A stretch of DNA of 64,000 bases, taken from an uncultured Bacteriovoracaceae bacterium (GTDB lineage Bacteria > Bdellovibrionota > UBA2394). The translations under genes were made by a program, and so were the position numbers. Shown here piece by piece: positions 35,493-45,030 of the stretch (position 1 is its first letter; every line of letters begins with the position of its first letter). Below the pieces are notes generated by a model. It saw nothing but the letters and a program-made list of their open reading frames with translations. It had not been told where the DNA came from and did not search any database. The stretch spans positions 16,971 to 80,970 of the forward strand of contig CAZUTA010000010.1 of the NCBI GenBank assembly GCA_964622975.1. Direction: 5' to 3'.

Positions 35493-36821
35493 ATGTGGAT
35501 ACTGAGTCTCTATTTACTCACAGCCAATTCAGAGGCCGCGGCGACACGATGGATCCCTCGTGATTTTTTTAATTGCCGCAGCATTTTAGCAGCTCGAGAA
35601 CTCGAGCAGATTCGATTTGCTCCTGAAGGCTTTGTCACGATGGCTCTCACACAATTCAATAAAGATGTTTTTTGGAAAGTCAAAGACCCCCTCTTCCTTC
35701 TCAGCCAATGGATTACAGAATTATCTCAAAACTGGGTGAGTATTCGTGAACTCAATCTCATCGACAACCACTTGCAGGACCTCATGCCTTTGACCTCAGG
35801 CCGAGCGAATGGGGCGTCCGTATTGAAAGCCATTGAGAGTTTAAGGCTCGAGATTTCAAGAATGCGGTCTCGAAATTTTAAATTCCTACTTCGCGAAGCG
35901 ATTGAACCTCGCTCCACTCGCCCACCCCACTGGTATGTAGAGAGACTTTCTGAACTCTTGATGGATCCCGACTGGACCGAAGAGGCTCTCGATGCGTTTG
36001 AACTCCTGCTTACTTCTTCTGCTTCTGCCGAGCTGAGAAGCCAGCTCGCATCCAATTTGCCGAGGCTTGCCTTTCAGACTGAGGCCTTTCATGAAAGAAA
36101 CCCAAAAACCGCAGAGCAGTTTCGCAGCAAGCATCAATCCAAATTTGAGAGCCTCCTTTTTCTTGCCGTGGAAGTTCGCGCCGAAATGATCGAAAAGGAC
36201 TTTCAGGCCGCTGCACAGCATACAGGCCTTCAAGCCCCCGTCATCAATCCAGTCTTCAAGGATCCACGCAAAGCTGAGGCCTATTTGTTTACGCTCGGTG
36301 CAAATCCCGTGGATCCCCTCACGGATTTGAGCCCATCACAAATTGGGGCCTTCATCGACGCAAGACTCGAGTTTCCAGAACTCATCGCAGCGCTGATGAG
36401 TCAAGATTCACGACTTGTCGAACGCGCGGTGCAGGTGACCTTTCGCCTCCAGCAACTCCACAAATTGAGAGATCCAGAATTGTTTTTGGACCGCGCCAAA
36501 AGAGCACTCGCTCGAATCCGAGAGCGCTCAATGCTCCCCGAATCTCGCAGCCGATTGGGCATCGAAATGCATTTGTCCAAACTCAATGCCACTCGCATGC
36601 ATCCACTTCAAAAAGCTCATGCGATCCTTAAGCACGGAGATGTGAACGACTTAGAAGCTTGGTTTATGCGACAGGCTGATCCCTTTTGGCTCACCGAACC
36701 CGGCACGCAAAGGACATTGATGTCTTATATCGCCTCAATGCCCGAAACCGACCCAAAGGTAATCTTCTTAAGAGCCAAATACGCCGAGTATCTCAAGTCC
36801 GACCCTAGTCTCGATCCCTAG
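35493..36821 (+). CDS. hypothetical helical protein with a signal-like N-terminus (orphan)
   Basis: 442-aa ORF with no recognised motifs. Confidence 0.5.
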   Translation: MWILSLYLLTANSEAAATRWIPRDFFNCRSILAARELEQIRFAPEGFVTMALTQFNKDVFWKVKDPLFLLSQWITELSQNWVSIRELNLIDNHLQDLMPLTSGRANGASVLKAIESLRLEISRMRSRNFKFLLREAIEPRSTRPPHWYVERLSELLMDPDWTEEALDAFELLLTSSASAELRSQLASNLPRLAFQTEAFHERNPKTAEQFRSKHQSKFESLLFLAVEVRAEMIEKDFQAAAQHTGLQAPVINPVFKDPRKAEAYLFTLGANPVDPLTDLSPSQIGAFIDARLEFPELIAALMSQDSRLVERAVQVTFRLQQLHKLRDPELFLDRAKRALARIRERSMLPESRSRLGIEMHLSKLNATRMHPLQKAHAILKHGDVNDLEAWFMRQADPFWLTEPGTQRTLMSYIASMPETDPKVIFLRAKYAEYLKSDPSLDP

Positions 36822-36827
36822 CGCCCC

Positions 36828-37124
36828 TTATTTTTTGCTCACGGATTCTTCTTTGAGAACAACTTTGGCAAAAACATAAATCACGAGCGCCACCACCAAA
36901 AAGTCGATCGCAGATCCCACGACTTTGCCGTACAAAATCCCATTCCACTGCAGTTTACGAATATCATCGACTTGAGCTGCCTGAAGCATGGGCTGAAACA
37001 CCAGAGGCATTAGCAAATCATTGACCATCGAAGTCACTAGCTCATTGAGTTTGCCTCCAATGATCACCGCAATGGCCAAACCGATCACTCCATAGTGCTT
37101 TAAAAAGCCGATGAATCCCTTCAC
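36828..37124 (-). CDS. mscL: MscL family mechanosensitive channel (short, 98 aa)
   Basis: 'GVIGLAIAVIIGGKLNELVTSMVNDLLMPL' matches MscL TM1, and TM2 is 'AIDFLVVALVIYVFAKV'. The protein ends just after TM2. Confidence 0.7.
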   Translation of the reverse strand: MKGFIGFLKHYGVIGLAIAVIIGGKLNELVTSMVNDLLMPLVFQPMLQAAQVDDIRKLQWNGILYGKVVGSAIDFLVVALVIYVFAKVVLKEESVSKK

Positions 37125-37126
37125 AT

Positions 37127-37462
37127 CTATCTCCTTTGTTCTGATTGATATTGAAACTGCAAAACTCTTCGTGTGGCTGAAAACTGATCCCCAAACTCAT
37201 CCAAGGCTTCTTCTCTCAAACGAGGAGCTCTCTCCATCAAATAACTTTCCAAATCATCTTTGGTTTCTACTCTATATTGAACAACAAGCTGCTTTTGTTT
37301 AGCTGCCGTGGGATCCACACCCTTCATCGCCTGAACTTCAAAAACTTTGGCATCCTTAAATCCTGGCGAATCCAGGACTTGTAAAATATGCGACTTGAGC
37401 CAGTGCTCGTAGTCTTCGGCAATCTCGGGATCAATCGTCAAATTGACTTCGTAGGTGATCAT
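37127..37462 (-). CDS. DUF4286-like protein
   Basis: ORF 37127..37510. The Met at 37462 forms an ATGA overlap with the purF stop. 'MITYEVNLTIDPEIAEDYEHWLKSHI' resembles DUF4286, from recollection. Confidence 0.6.
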   Translation of the reverse strand: MITYEVNLTIDPEIAEDYEHWLKSHILQVLDSPGFKDAKVFEVQAMKGVDPTAAKQKQLVVQYRVETKDDLESYLMERAPRLREEALDEFGDQFSATRRVLQFQYQSEQRR

Positions 37463-38868
37463 TCGGCTCCAATGACTTCCGGCACTACAGGGTAATTTTT
37501 GGTAAAGCACGCATCACACATGGGCGTCTTAGGTTTTACGTACTGATAGATTTCCTCAACCGTCAAATACTCAAGCGAGTCTGCCACCACAAAATCCCGA
37601 ATCTGCGAGAGATTCTTGTTTGCTGCAATCAGCTCTGCTTCTTTGGGCGTATCGATCCCGTAATAACAAGGCGAAATCGTGGGAGGCGCAGAGATTCGCA
37701 TATGAATTTCTTTGACCCCCGCCTCACGCAAAATCTGATTAATTTTTTTGGAGGTTGTTCCGCGCACGAGCGAATCATCGACAACCACCACGCGCTTGCC
37801 TTGTAGACTGTGCTTGAGAGGATTTTGCTTAATTCTCACGCCAAAATCGCGAATGCTCTGATGCGGCTCAATAAATGTCCGGCCAATATAATGATTGCGA
37901 ATCAATCCCATCTCAAAAGGCACGCCCGCAGCCTGAGCATAGCCAATCGCCGCTGGAATTCCTGAATCAGGAACTCCCATGACGAGATCAGGCTTAAATC
38001 CTGCCTTCTTATCCGCAGCCGCCAAAAGCTCGCCGAGCTTCTTTCGGACTTCGTAGACACTTTCACCAAAGACGAGGGAGTCAGGCCTCGAAAAATAGAT
38101 CCATTCAAACACGCAAGGCGCAGTCTTTGCCTTCTTTTTGAGCTTCCAAGTCTTTAGGCCGTCCGGGCCAAATTCGACAACTTCACCGGGATCGACTTCT
38201 CTCAAATATTCCGCTCCGACGAGATCAAAGGCGCAGGTCTCGCTCGCCGCAAAAAATCCGGTCCCCAATTTGCCAACGACCAGAGGTCTAAACCCATGAG
38301 GATCTTTGACCACAAAGACCCGAAGGCTTTGCTTTTCTCTGAGCATTATCGAAAGCGAATAGGCCCCTTCGACTTCATCGAGAGCCGCCTGCAAGCGAGC
38401 TTCAAAGTTCCCTTTGGCTCGCGAAATCAAATGCAAGATTACTTCGGTGTCGGATGAGGTCTGAAACACTGAGCCCTCAGCCTCCAAGCGACGTCTCAAT
38501 CCAACCGCATTGGTGAGATTACCGTTGTGAGCGATCGCAATCTCCGAATCCAAAGCCTCGACCCAAATGGGCTGCAAGTTTTTGGCGAGTGATCCGCCTG
38601 CCGTCGAATATCGAACATGACCAATGGCCGCGCGTCCTTTGAGTTCTGCAATCTGATCACGCGTAAAAACTTGACTGACCAAGCCTTGGCCTCGAACACC
38701 CTTCATCCGCTTTCCATCAAAGCAAATAATGCCCGCGCCCTCTTGCCCACGATGCTGAAGGGCAAAAAGACCGAGATAAGAGAGATGCGCAGCTTCATCC
38801 ACATCCCAGGCAGCGACAATTCCGCATTTTTCTTTTAGCACTTGGCCTCCGGAAACCATTTTGTCCAC
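37459..38868 (-). CDS. purF: amidophosphoribosyltransferase
   Basis: 469 aa with a propeptide before the 'CGIVAAW' Ntn cysteine, plus 'DSGIPAA' and 'VVVVDDSLVRGTT'. C-terminal Cys residues are present. Confidence 0.93.
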   Translation of the reverse strand: MDKMVSGGQVLKEKCGIVAAWDVDEAAHLSYLGLFALQHRGQEGAGIICFDGKRMKGVRGQGLVSQVFTRDQIAELKGRAAIGHVRYSTAGGSLAKNLQPIWVEALDSEIAIAHNGNLTNAVGLRRRLEAEGSVFQTSSDTEVILHLISRAKGNFEARLQAALDEVEGAYSLSIMLREKQSLRVFVVKDPHGFRPLVVGKLGTGFFAASETCAFDLVGAEYLREVDPGEVVEFGPDGLKTWKLKKKAKTAPCVFEWIYFSRPDSLVFGESVYEVRKKLGELLAAADKKAGFKPDLVMGVPDSGIPAAIGYAQAAGVPFEMGLIRNHYIGRTFIEPHQSIRDFGVRIKQNPLKHSLQGKRVVVVDDSLVRGTTSKKINQILREAGVKEIHMRISAPPTISPCYYGIDTPKEAELIAANKNLSQIRDFVVADSLEYLTVEEIYQYVKPKTPMCDACFTKNYPVVPEVIGAE

Positions 38869-41111
38869 GCTTCAAAGAGCTCTGATACCTTTCCTGACAA
38901 AATGGGCTTCATTTCAAAAATGCCATTATCCGTTACTGTTCCCAGTCGCTTGGCCGCAATTTTTGTTTCAAAAGAAAGCTTCATCAAATCAGCTCTTTTT
39001 TGGGGGCTGATTTCTACCAGGACCCGCCCGCCGTTTTCGGCAAACAAAAGCGCGTCTCGGCGTTGCTGGTTTTTTAAAAAATCACCTTCAAATCCAAAAG
39101 GACCGGGACTTCCATTGGCTCCAAAACAAGACTTGGCAATCGCAACCGCGAGGCCGCCTTCGGAAATCGTACGAATGCTCTCAAAAATTTCGAGCTCATG
39201 CGCCAAAAGAAGCGCCGTTTGCAATTTCTTTTCTGCTTCGAGATCATAAACAGGAAGTCCAGAGTATCGATTTCCAAAAAGTCTCAAAAACGCAGATCCC
39301 GTCGGCGCAGCAGTCGGTTCGGGAGGCATGGCTTCGAGGAGCCAGACTTCGTTGCCGGCCTTTTGAAACACAGAGGGTCTCACTTTTCGAACGTCTTTGA
39401 TCTTTCCCACCACAACCGCAAAAATTGTCGGAAAGATCGACTGGGATTTTCCGTCTACACTGGTTTGATTGTACAAAGAGACGTTCCCCGAAATACAAGG
39501 CGTGCCAAAAACTTTTGCCACTTGATTCATCCCTTGTACGGAGAGCTCAAGTGCTCCGAGCGTCTGGATCTCTTTGGGATTCCCTAAATTAATTCCGTCT
39601 GTATACGCCTGAGCCTTCGCTCCTACACTCGCCAGCGCACGGATACTCGTGGCCATCGAAAGTTCCATCGCGGCCTGAGGATCAATGGCCGCCCACTGCT
39701 CATTGCAAATTCCTTTAAAGGCAATGCCTTCAAAACTCTCGTTGTTTTCGCCCAACCAGAGTACAGCCGCATCGTGGCCAGGGCCGAGCAAAGTAGCTCC
39801 CCCCACCGTCGAGTCATACCTCTCAAAAATTCCTCGCTTTGACGCGATCGAAGGCAGAGCTAAAAGAGCTTTTAAAGAATCCCACTCATTAAATGACTTC
39901 GGAAACTCGATTTCAAAATGAGGTGCGACCCATCGTGCCGGCAATGCTTCGATCGGTGGAGGGTCCATCACTTTTTGAACGGGCAGATCAACGACTGTAT
40001 CCCCTTCAAAAGTCATTTTGAGGCAATCACCTTCGATCGTTCGCCCTATGACCTCGGCTGAGCAATTCCACTTTTCAAGGATTTCTTTAAACCGATTTTC
40101 GGATCCTGGGTTCACGATCGCGAGCATCCGCTCCTGAGATTCTGACAGGAGCAATTCAAAGGGTTTCATCTCGGGCTCGCGAGTGGGAACTTTATCGAGC
40201 TCAATCAACATTCCGACATTGGACTTAAAAGCGATTTCCATCGTTGAGCACGTCAGGCCAGCAGCACCCATATCTTGAATCGCTATCAAATCCGCCGACA
40301 ATTCGCGCATGCAATCAAGCGTGGCCTCCATCAGACACTTCTCTTTGAAGGGATCGCCCACTTGCACACGAATTTTTTGGCCGTCTCCTGAGTTGCTTTC
40401 CGAAAAATCGCTCGAAGCGAGCAATGAGGCTCCATGAATTCCATCTCGACCCGTCTTCGCACCCCACATCATTACCAAAGCACCGGGCTGTGCTGATGCC
40501 GCTTTAAAAATCTTATCCTTTTCGACAACTCCAAGCGCAAACACATTCACCAGAATATTGCCTTGGTAACAATCATCGGTGCGGACTTCTCCTGCGAGAG
40601 TAGGAACTCCAATGCAGTTTCCGTAAAACGCGATTCCAGAAACAACGCCGTCGAGCAAAAATGCCTGCTTGGAATTTTTGAGATCCCCAAATCTCAAGTA
40701 GTTGCCCACCGCCACGGGACGAGCTCCCATCGTAAAAATATCACGTAAAATTCCGCCTACCCCTGTCGCTGCTCCTTGAAAGGGCTCCACATAACTCGGA
40801 TGATTGTGTGACTCTACTTTAAACGCAATAGCCCGCTTGGCGTCATAGTCGATGAGCCCTGCATTCTCGCCCGGCCCTTGAAGCACCACTTTGCCCGTCG
40901 TGTTGAGCTGCTTTAAAAATCTCTTGGAGCTTTTGTAAGAGCAGTGCTCACTCCACATCACTCCAATCATCTGAAGCTCGGTCTCCGAGGGACGGCGGCC
41001 TAGTTGATCGTTCAAAAACTTCCACTCGTTGTGAGACAGGCCTACACGCTCGGCCATGTTTTCATCGGCTTCGATCCAACTCACGAAAGAGCCTCCACCG
41101 CGTTCTTCCAA
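38835..41111 (-). CDS. purL: phosphoribosylformylglycinamidine synthase subunit PurL
   Basis: 758 aa with 'MWSEHCSYKSSK' and 'ESHNHPS'. The alternative Met at 41057 would remove the overlap with purQ. Confidence 0.93.
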   Translation of the reverse strand: MEERGGGSFVSWIEADENMAERVGLSHNEWKFLNDQLGRRPSETELQMIGVMWSEHCSYKSSKRFLKQLNTTGKVVLQGPGENAGLIDYDAKRAIAFKVESHNHPSYVEPFQGAATGVGGILRDIFTMGARPVAVGNYLRFGDLKNSKQAFLLDGVVSGIAFYGNCIGVPTLAGEVRTDDCYQGNILVNVFALGVVEKDKIFKAASAQPGALVMMWGAKTGRDGIHGASLLASSDFSESNSGDGQKIRVQVGDPFKEKCLMEATLDCMRELSADLIAIQDMGAAGLTCSTMEIAFKSNVGMLIELDKVPTREPEMKPFELLLSESQERMLAIVNPGSENRFKEILEKWNCSAEVIGRTIEGDCLKMTFEGDTVVDLPVQKVMDPPPIEALPARWVAPHFEIEFPKSFNEWDSLKALLALPSIASKRGIFERYDSTVGGATLLGPGHDAAVLWLGENNESFEGIAFKGICNEQWAAIDPQAAMELSMATSIRALASVGAKAQAYTDGINLGNPKEIQTLGALELSVQGMNQVAKVFGTPCISGNVSLYNQTSVDGKSQSIFPTIFAVVVGKIKDVRKVRPSVFQKAGNEVWLLEAMPPEPTAAPTGSAFLRLFGNRYSGLPVYDLEAEKKLQTALLLAHELEIFESIRTISEGGLAVAIAKSCFGANGSPGPFGFEGDFLKNQQRRDALLFAENGGRVLVEISPQKRADLMKLSFETKIAAKRLGTVTDNGIFEMKPILSGKVSELFEAWTKWFPEAKC

Positions 41112-41746
41112 AGCATTCGACCATCCGCGAGACCAAGAGCCGGAAAGCTCGCCCGCTCCGGATGAGGCATCATGCCCATAATACTTCCCTGACCTACAGG
41201 CCGATAGATTCCGGCAATATCCTGAAAGCTTCCGTTTGGATTTTGAGTATATTTAAAAACAACATCGAGTTCAGGCAAATCCATCTTACCGACCTGAAAG
41301 TTTCCAAATCGATGAGCAATTGGAACCCTCAAAGTTTTGCCGAGATCCTTTTGTCCAATCCAGGGAAACGCCTTCTTCTCAATTCGAAGCTCTGTTTGTC
41401 GACTGACGAATCTCAAATGAGAATTGACCTGCAAATATCCCGGCAATAATCGCGCCTCTAATAAAATCTGAAATCCATTGCAAATACCAAGCACGTGAGC
41501 ACCCGCATCCACAGCTTCGGGCAAACTGAGCATGGCCTTTGAAAGTTTTGCAATGGCACCCGCGCGCAAATAATCTCCAAAGCTAAATCCCCCTGGAATC
41601 ACAATCAGTTGATAACGATTTTTGGGAACTTCATCTTCGTGCCAATGATATTCAGCGCTCACGCCGGATGTTTCTGAGAGCGCTCGAAGAGCATCATGAT
41701 CACAATTGGATCCCGGAAAGCGTATGACCGCTGCCCGGAGACTCAT
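41081..41746 (-). CDS. purQ: phosphoribosylformylglycinamidine synthase glutaminase subunit PurQ
   Basis: 221 aa with 'FPGSNCDHD', 'GICNGFQ' and 'MMPHPER'. Confidence 0.92.
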   Translation of the reverse strand: MSLRAAVIRFPGSNCDHDALRALSETSGVSAEYHWHEDEVPKNRYQLIVIPGGFSFGDYLRAGAIAKLSKAMLSLPEAVDAGAHVLGICNGFQILLEARLLPGYLQVNSHLRFVSRQTELRIEKKAFPWIGQKDLGKTLRVPIAHRFGNFQVGKMDLPELDVVFKYTQNPNGSFQDIAGIYRPVGQGSIMGMMPHPERASFPALGLADGRMLWKNAVEALS

Positions 41747-41997
41747 GGACTCAAAATCTCGACAGAAAAGTTTTCCATGACGACATTCGCCAAAAGTTTA
41801 TTGGCCATGTCTTTGCCCAACTGAACGGCTTGGCTTTCGGACTCCGCACTCACTGTGGCCACAAAAACCTTTTCCTGCCGGATATTTTGGACGCCTGAGA
41901 ATTCGAGACGTTTGAGCGCCGTGGTAATGGCCTCTGACTGAGGGTCCAAGATTCCCTCTTTAAAACGGACCCGAATTTGAACGCTAAAAGATTTCAT
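41743..41997 (-). CDS. purS: phosphoribosylformylglycinamidine synthase subunit PurS
   Basis: 84 aa with 'KEGILDPQSEAITTALKRLEF'. 4-nt overlaps on both sides. Confidence 0.85.
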   Translation of the reverse strand: MKSFSVQIRVRFKEGILDPQSEAITTALKRLEFSGVQNIRQEKVFVATVSAESESQAVQLGKDMANKLLANVVMENFSVEILSP

Positions 41998-44291
41998 TCG
42001 TTGCTGAAGCCTCTAAAACGGACTTTAGAGGGGTCCCACCCCCCTGGCAAGGGTCGAAAGGCAATTAAAAGGACAGTCAAAGAGCTTAAGGGCATAAAGA
42101 TGGCGCAAACAATAGGGCCGAGATACCCCGCCAAAACTAAGCCAATCCCTCCCACATTATATAGGAATGACACCCCCAGATTGATTCGAATGCGATCAGA
42201 AAACTCAATCGCCAAAAGACGCAATTGAGAAACAAGGTTCAAGTCCCGATCCAAAAGATAAGCATCCGCCGCCTGCAAATTTGCTTCGGCCGAACCCGAA
42301 AATCCAAGACTCACTCCAGCTGCTCGCATCGCAAGAGCATCATTGAGCCCATCCCCCACAAAAGCGGTGCGAGAATTCTGAAATTGTGGTTTTTCTTTTG
42401 GGCCGCAGTGTCCGCGCACAGAATCAAATTTCACTTTTACTTCGGAGACAAAGCGTTCGCATTCGGCGAAATGATCTCCCGACAACAAATGAATTCCCAG
42501 TCCATTCGATTGAAGAGAATGGAGGACTGAAGAGGCCCCTCTGCGAGGTGAATCTTCAAATAAAAATCTCAATCGCTCTTCATCTTGAACAAACAAACTC
42601 GAGGCCATCCCTCTCAAACCTTCGGCTCTCCTCAAGGAATACGAGGTCCCCTTCCATTGGCCTTGGACTCCCACTCCCACCACCTCCCGAACATTTTGCA
42701 AACTTAGATTTGATTTGGGTTTTCCAGCAAACGCAGAAGCCAAAGTTTTTGCCAGAGGGTGGGGTGATGGGCTCGCTAGTCCAAAAACAAGCGCATTGAG
42801 GTCTTGTTCATCAAGCGTCTTCTCTCCGAACGACTCCACATGGATCAAGCGAGGAGTGCCTTCGGTGAGAGTTCCTGTCTTATCAAAGTAAACATCACGA
42901 ACTTTCTTCCATGCGAGCGCGCGACGAGGATTCAAAATCAAAATCCCTCGCTGATGCGCCTCACGCCGAAACGCTGTGACAGCGAGCGGATAAGCGAGTT
43001 GCAGCGCACACGGACACGTGACGATCAAAAGAGCCAAGGCCTTTGTGGCTCCTGCCTGCCCTAGAGCAAAAAAAACAAAAATCGAAAGAACTAAAATGAA
43101 GCCCGTAAAGCACGACTCATATCGAGGAGGGAGAATCTGCCAGGAATTATTGGCCAAAGATTGAGAAAGGACCTCGAGGTAAGATTGCTTCACGGTGTTT
43201 GAGACTCTGAGCTCCACTCGAGATCGTGCGATGGAACCCTGCAGTAACTTTTGCCCTTTGAATATTTGAACAGGAGCACTCTCCCCGCTCAAGCTACTCA
43301 AATCAAACCATCCACTTTCGGACATCAGCTCTCCATCGAGTGCGATGATTTCATTTTCCTCAACGCAAAAACTATCTCCGACCGAAAGACTATCTGCGGG
43401 AATCTTGGACTGTCCTTTGCGGACCCACCATACGGCGCGCGAAACCACAGTGAGTGTCGAAAGCCGCACCAGAATTCGCCCCGCCAAAAGTAAAAACACC
43501 ACCATCGAGAGCGCATCGAAATACGATTCAATCCTTCCGAGGATCGCATTATAAAAACTCGCCCCCGCTCCGACGACCACGGCGAGCGAAACTAAAATAT
43601 CCGAAGGTAGAGTCTTTAACTTGAGACCCTGAATCGCCGAGCGAAAAAACGGCCACGCGCCATAGGTGAGAGCGGGTAATGCGGCAAATCCAGCAAACAA
43701 GCCGACCAGACGAGCATTGTCAGAATCCATATCCGTCTGATGCGCACCAAGGAGAACGAGTCCAATGTGCATCGCGCCGGCAGCGCTCAGTCCTGTGATA
43801 CCTAGGCGAACCCACTCTTCCTTAGGAATTCGTGCGGCACTCAGATCGAGCTCGCTGGCTTCAAGGGTGTATCCAAGCTGAGAGAGAACTTCGGCGGTAC
43901 GCGAGAGCACCTGAGGCTCGTCTTTAAAGCGAAGACTCACGCGAGACGATCCATAATCCACTCGCGCCTCCACCACTTGAGGCACAAAATGAGAAAGCCT
44001 CTCGACGATCCAAATACAAGAGGAACACATCAATCCACGCAAAGGGAGTTCGATTCTTCTCAAACCATCCGGCCCCAGCGGCGCGCGGCGATTGAGGTAG
44101 TCTGGATTTTCAAAGACATCAAACGGAGAGCCCTGAGGAGTCTGGGGGGGCTTCCATTTTCGATCTGCTTGTTGATAGACGGCTGCAAGCCCCGCCCCGC
44201 GAATCAAGTGGTAAGCGGTCCGGCACCCCAGGCAGCAAAATTCCTGACCGTCCGATGCTTCACCACAGTGCAGACAGGCTTGATTCATCAC
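41994..44291 (-). CDS. ccoI: copper-translocating P-type ATPase of the CcoI/FixI type
   Basis: 765 aa. It has N-terminal 'CLHCGE...FCCLGCRTAY', HMA-like 'GLMCSSC', 'TCPCAL', 'DKTGTLT' and 'GDGLNDA'. It sits in a cco accessory context. Confidence 0.88.
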   Translation of the reverse strand: MMNQACLHCGEASDGQEFCCLGCRTAYHLIRGAGLAAVYQQADRKWKPPQTPQGSPFDVFENPDYLNRRAPLGPDGLRRIELPLRGLMCSSCIWIVERLSHFVPQVVEARVDYGSSRVSLRFKDEPQVLSRTAEVLSQLGYTLEASELDLSAARIPKEEWVRLGITGLSAAGAMHIGLVLLGAHQTDMDSDNARLVGLFAGFAALPALTYGAWPFFRSAIQGLKLKTLPSDILVSLAVVVGAGASFYNAILGRIESYFDALSMVVFLLLAGRILVRLSTLTVVSRAVWWVRKGQSKIPADSLSVGDSFCVEENEIIALDGELMSESGWFDLSSLSGESAPVQIFKGQKLLQGSIARSRVELRVSNTVKQSYLEVLSQSLANNSWQILPPRYESCFTGFILVLSIFVFFALGQAGATKALALLIVTCPCALQLAYPLAVTAFRREAHQRGILILNPRRALAWKKVRDVYFDKTGTLTEGTPRLIHVESFGEKTLDEQDLNALVFGLASPSPHPLAKTLASAFAGKPKSNLSLQNVREVVGVGVQGQWKGTSYSLRRAEGLRGMASSLFVQDEERLRFLFEDSPRRGASSVLHSLQSNGLGIHLLSGDHFAECERFVSEVKVKFDSVRGHCGPKEKPQFQNSRTAFVGDGLNDALAMRAAGVSLGFSGSAEANLQAADAYLLDRDLNLVSQLRLLAIEFSDRIRINLGVSFLYNVGGIGLVLAGYLGPIVCAIFMPLSSLTVLLIAFRPLPGGWDPSKVRFRGFSNE

Positions 44292-44301
44292 AAAACTCTT
44301 C

Positions 44302-45024
44302 TCACCAGAACATGAGCTTATAGTCGTGGCCGAAAACTTGAAACTGCAAATGAAAATGAGAAATCATCTCATTGGCAGCGAGCGTCACCAAAAGGGTCCA
44401 GACAAATGAAATCGCCAAAAGACCCACGCTGATTTGCTTTTGCTTTCCGCGAAAAATCTTGGACACCCCCCAAGACACACTGAGAAGAGGAATCGTCGTC
44501 ATCACAATCAGCAAGAGCATAAGAGCCGCCCCCTCCATCGGGGACTGAGTGCTCGCGGCCAAAGTGAGCGCCCAAGCGGTGAGCATACAAGGCAAAAATG
44601 CAAAGAGAAGGCCAAACAAAAAGGCGCGCTTCCATCCCACAAACTGCGAAGCCCACGAAGACACTTTCATCAAAACGGTCGGGATTTTGTCAGTGTTTCC
44701 AAAAAACTGAGGGAACGCCTGATAGCAAAGCAACCCTCCCATCACAAAAACAATGACCCAGCCCAGAGCTTGAGAAAACTGAACCGACAAACTAAAAGTG
44801 GCGGCCACGGCTCCCACCAATCCATAAATCGTGGCTCGTCCGAGCTGGTAAAACCCAATTGCCGCAAAGGGATGCAAGTCCTTGTTCAAATTGAGCCCTG
44901 TGACAATCGGCCCGCACATAGGAGCGCAGTGCAAAAAGACCCAAACAAATCCCAAACTCATTAGTTGCAAAAAGGGAGAGCCAACGCCGCCAGAAGCCAA
45001 ATCATGACAAGGTGAGTGATCCAT
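44302..45024 (-). CDS. DsbD_2/TauE-like membrane protein associated with cbb3 maturation
   Basis: 240 aa, polytopic, with 'LHCAPMCGPIV'. It lies between ccoG and ccoI. Confidence 0.6.
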   Translation of the reverse strand: MDHSPCHDLASGGVGSPFLQLMSLGFVWVFLHCAPMCGPIVTGLNLNKDLHPFAAIGFYQLGRATIYGLVGAVAATFSLSVQFSQALGWVIVFVMGGLLCYQAFPQFFGNTDKIPTVLMKVSSWASQFVGWKRAFLFGLLFAFLPCMLTAWALTLAASTQSPMEGAALMLLLIVMTTIPLLSVSWGVSKIFRGKQKQISVGLLAISFVWTLLVTLAANEMISHFHLQFQVFGHDYKLMFW

Positions 45025-45030
45025 TACATT

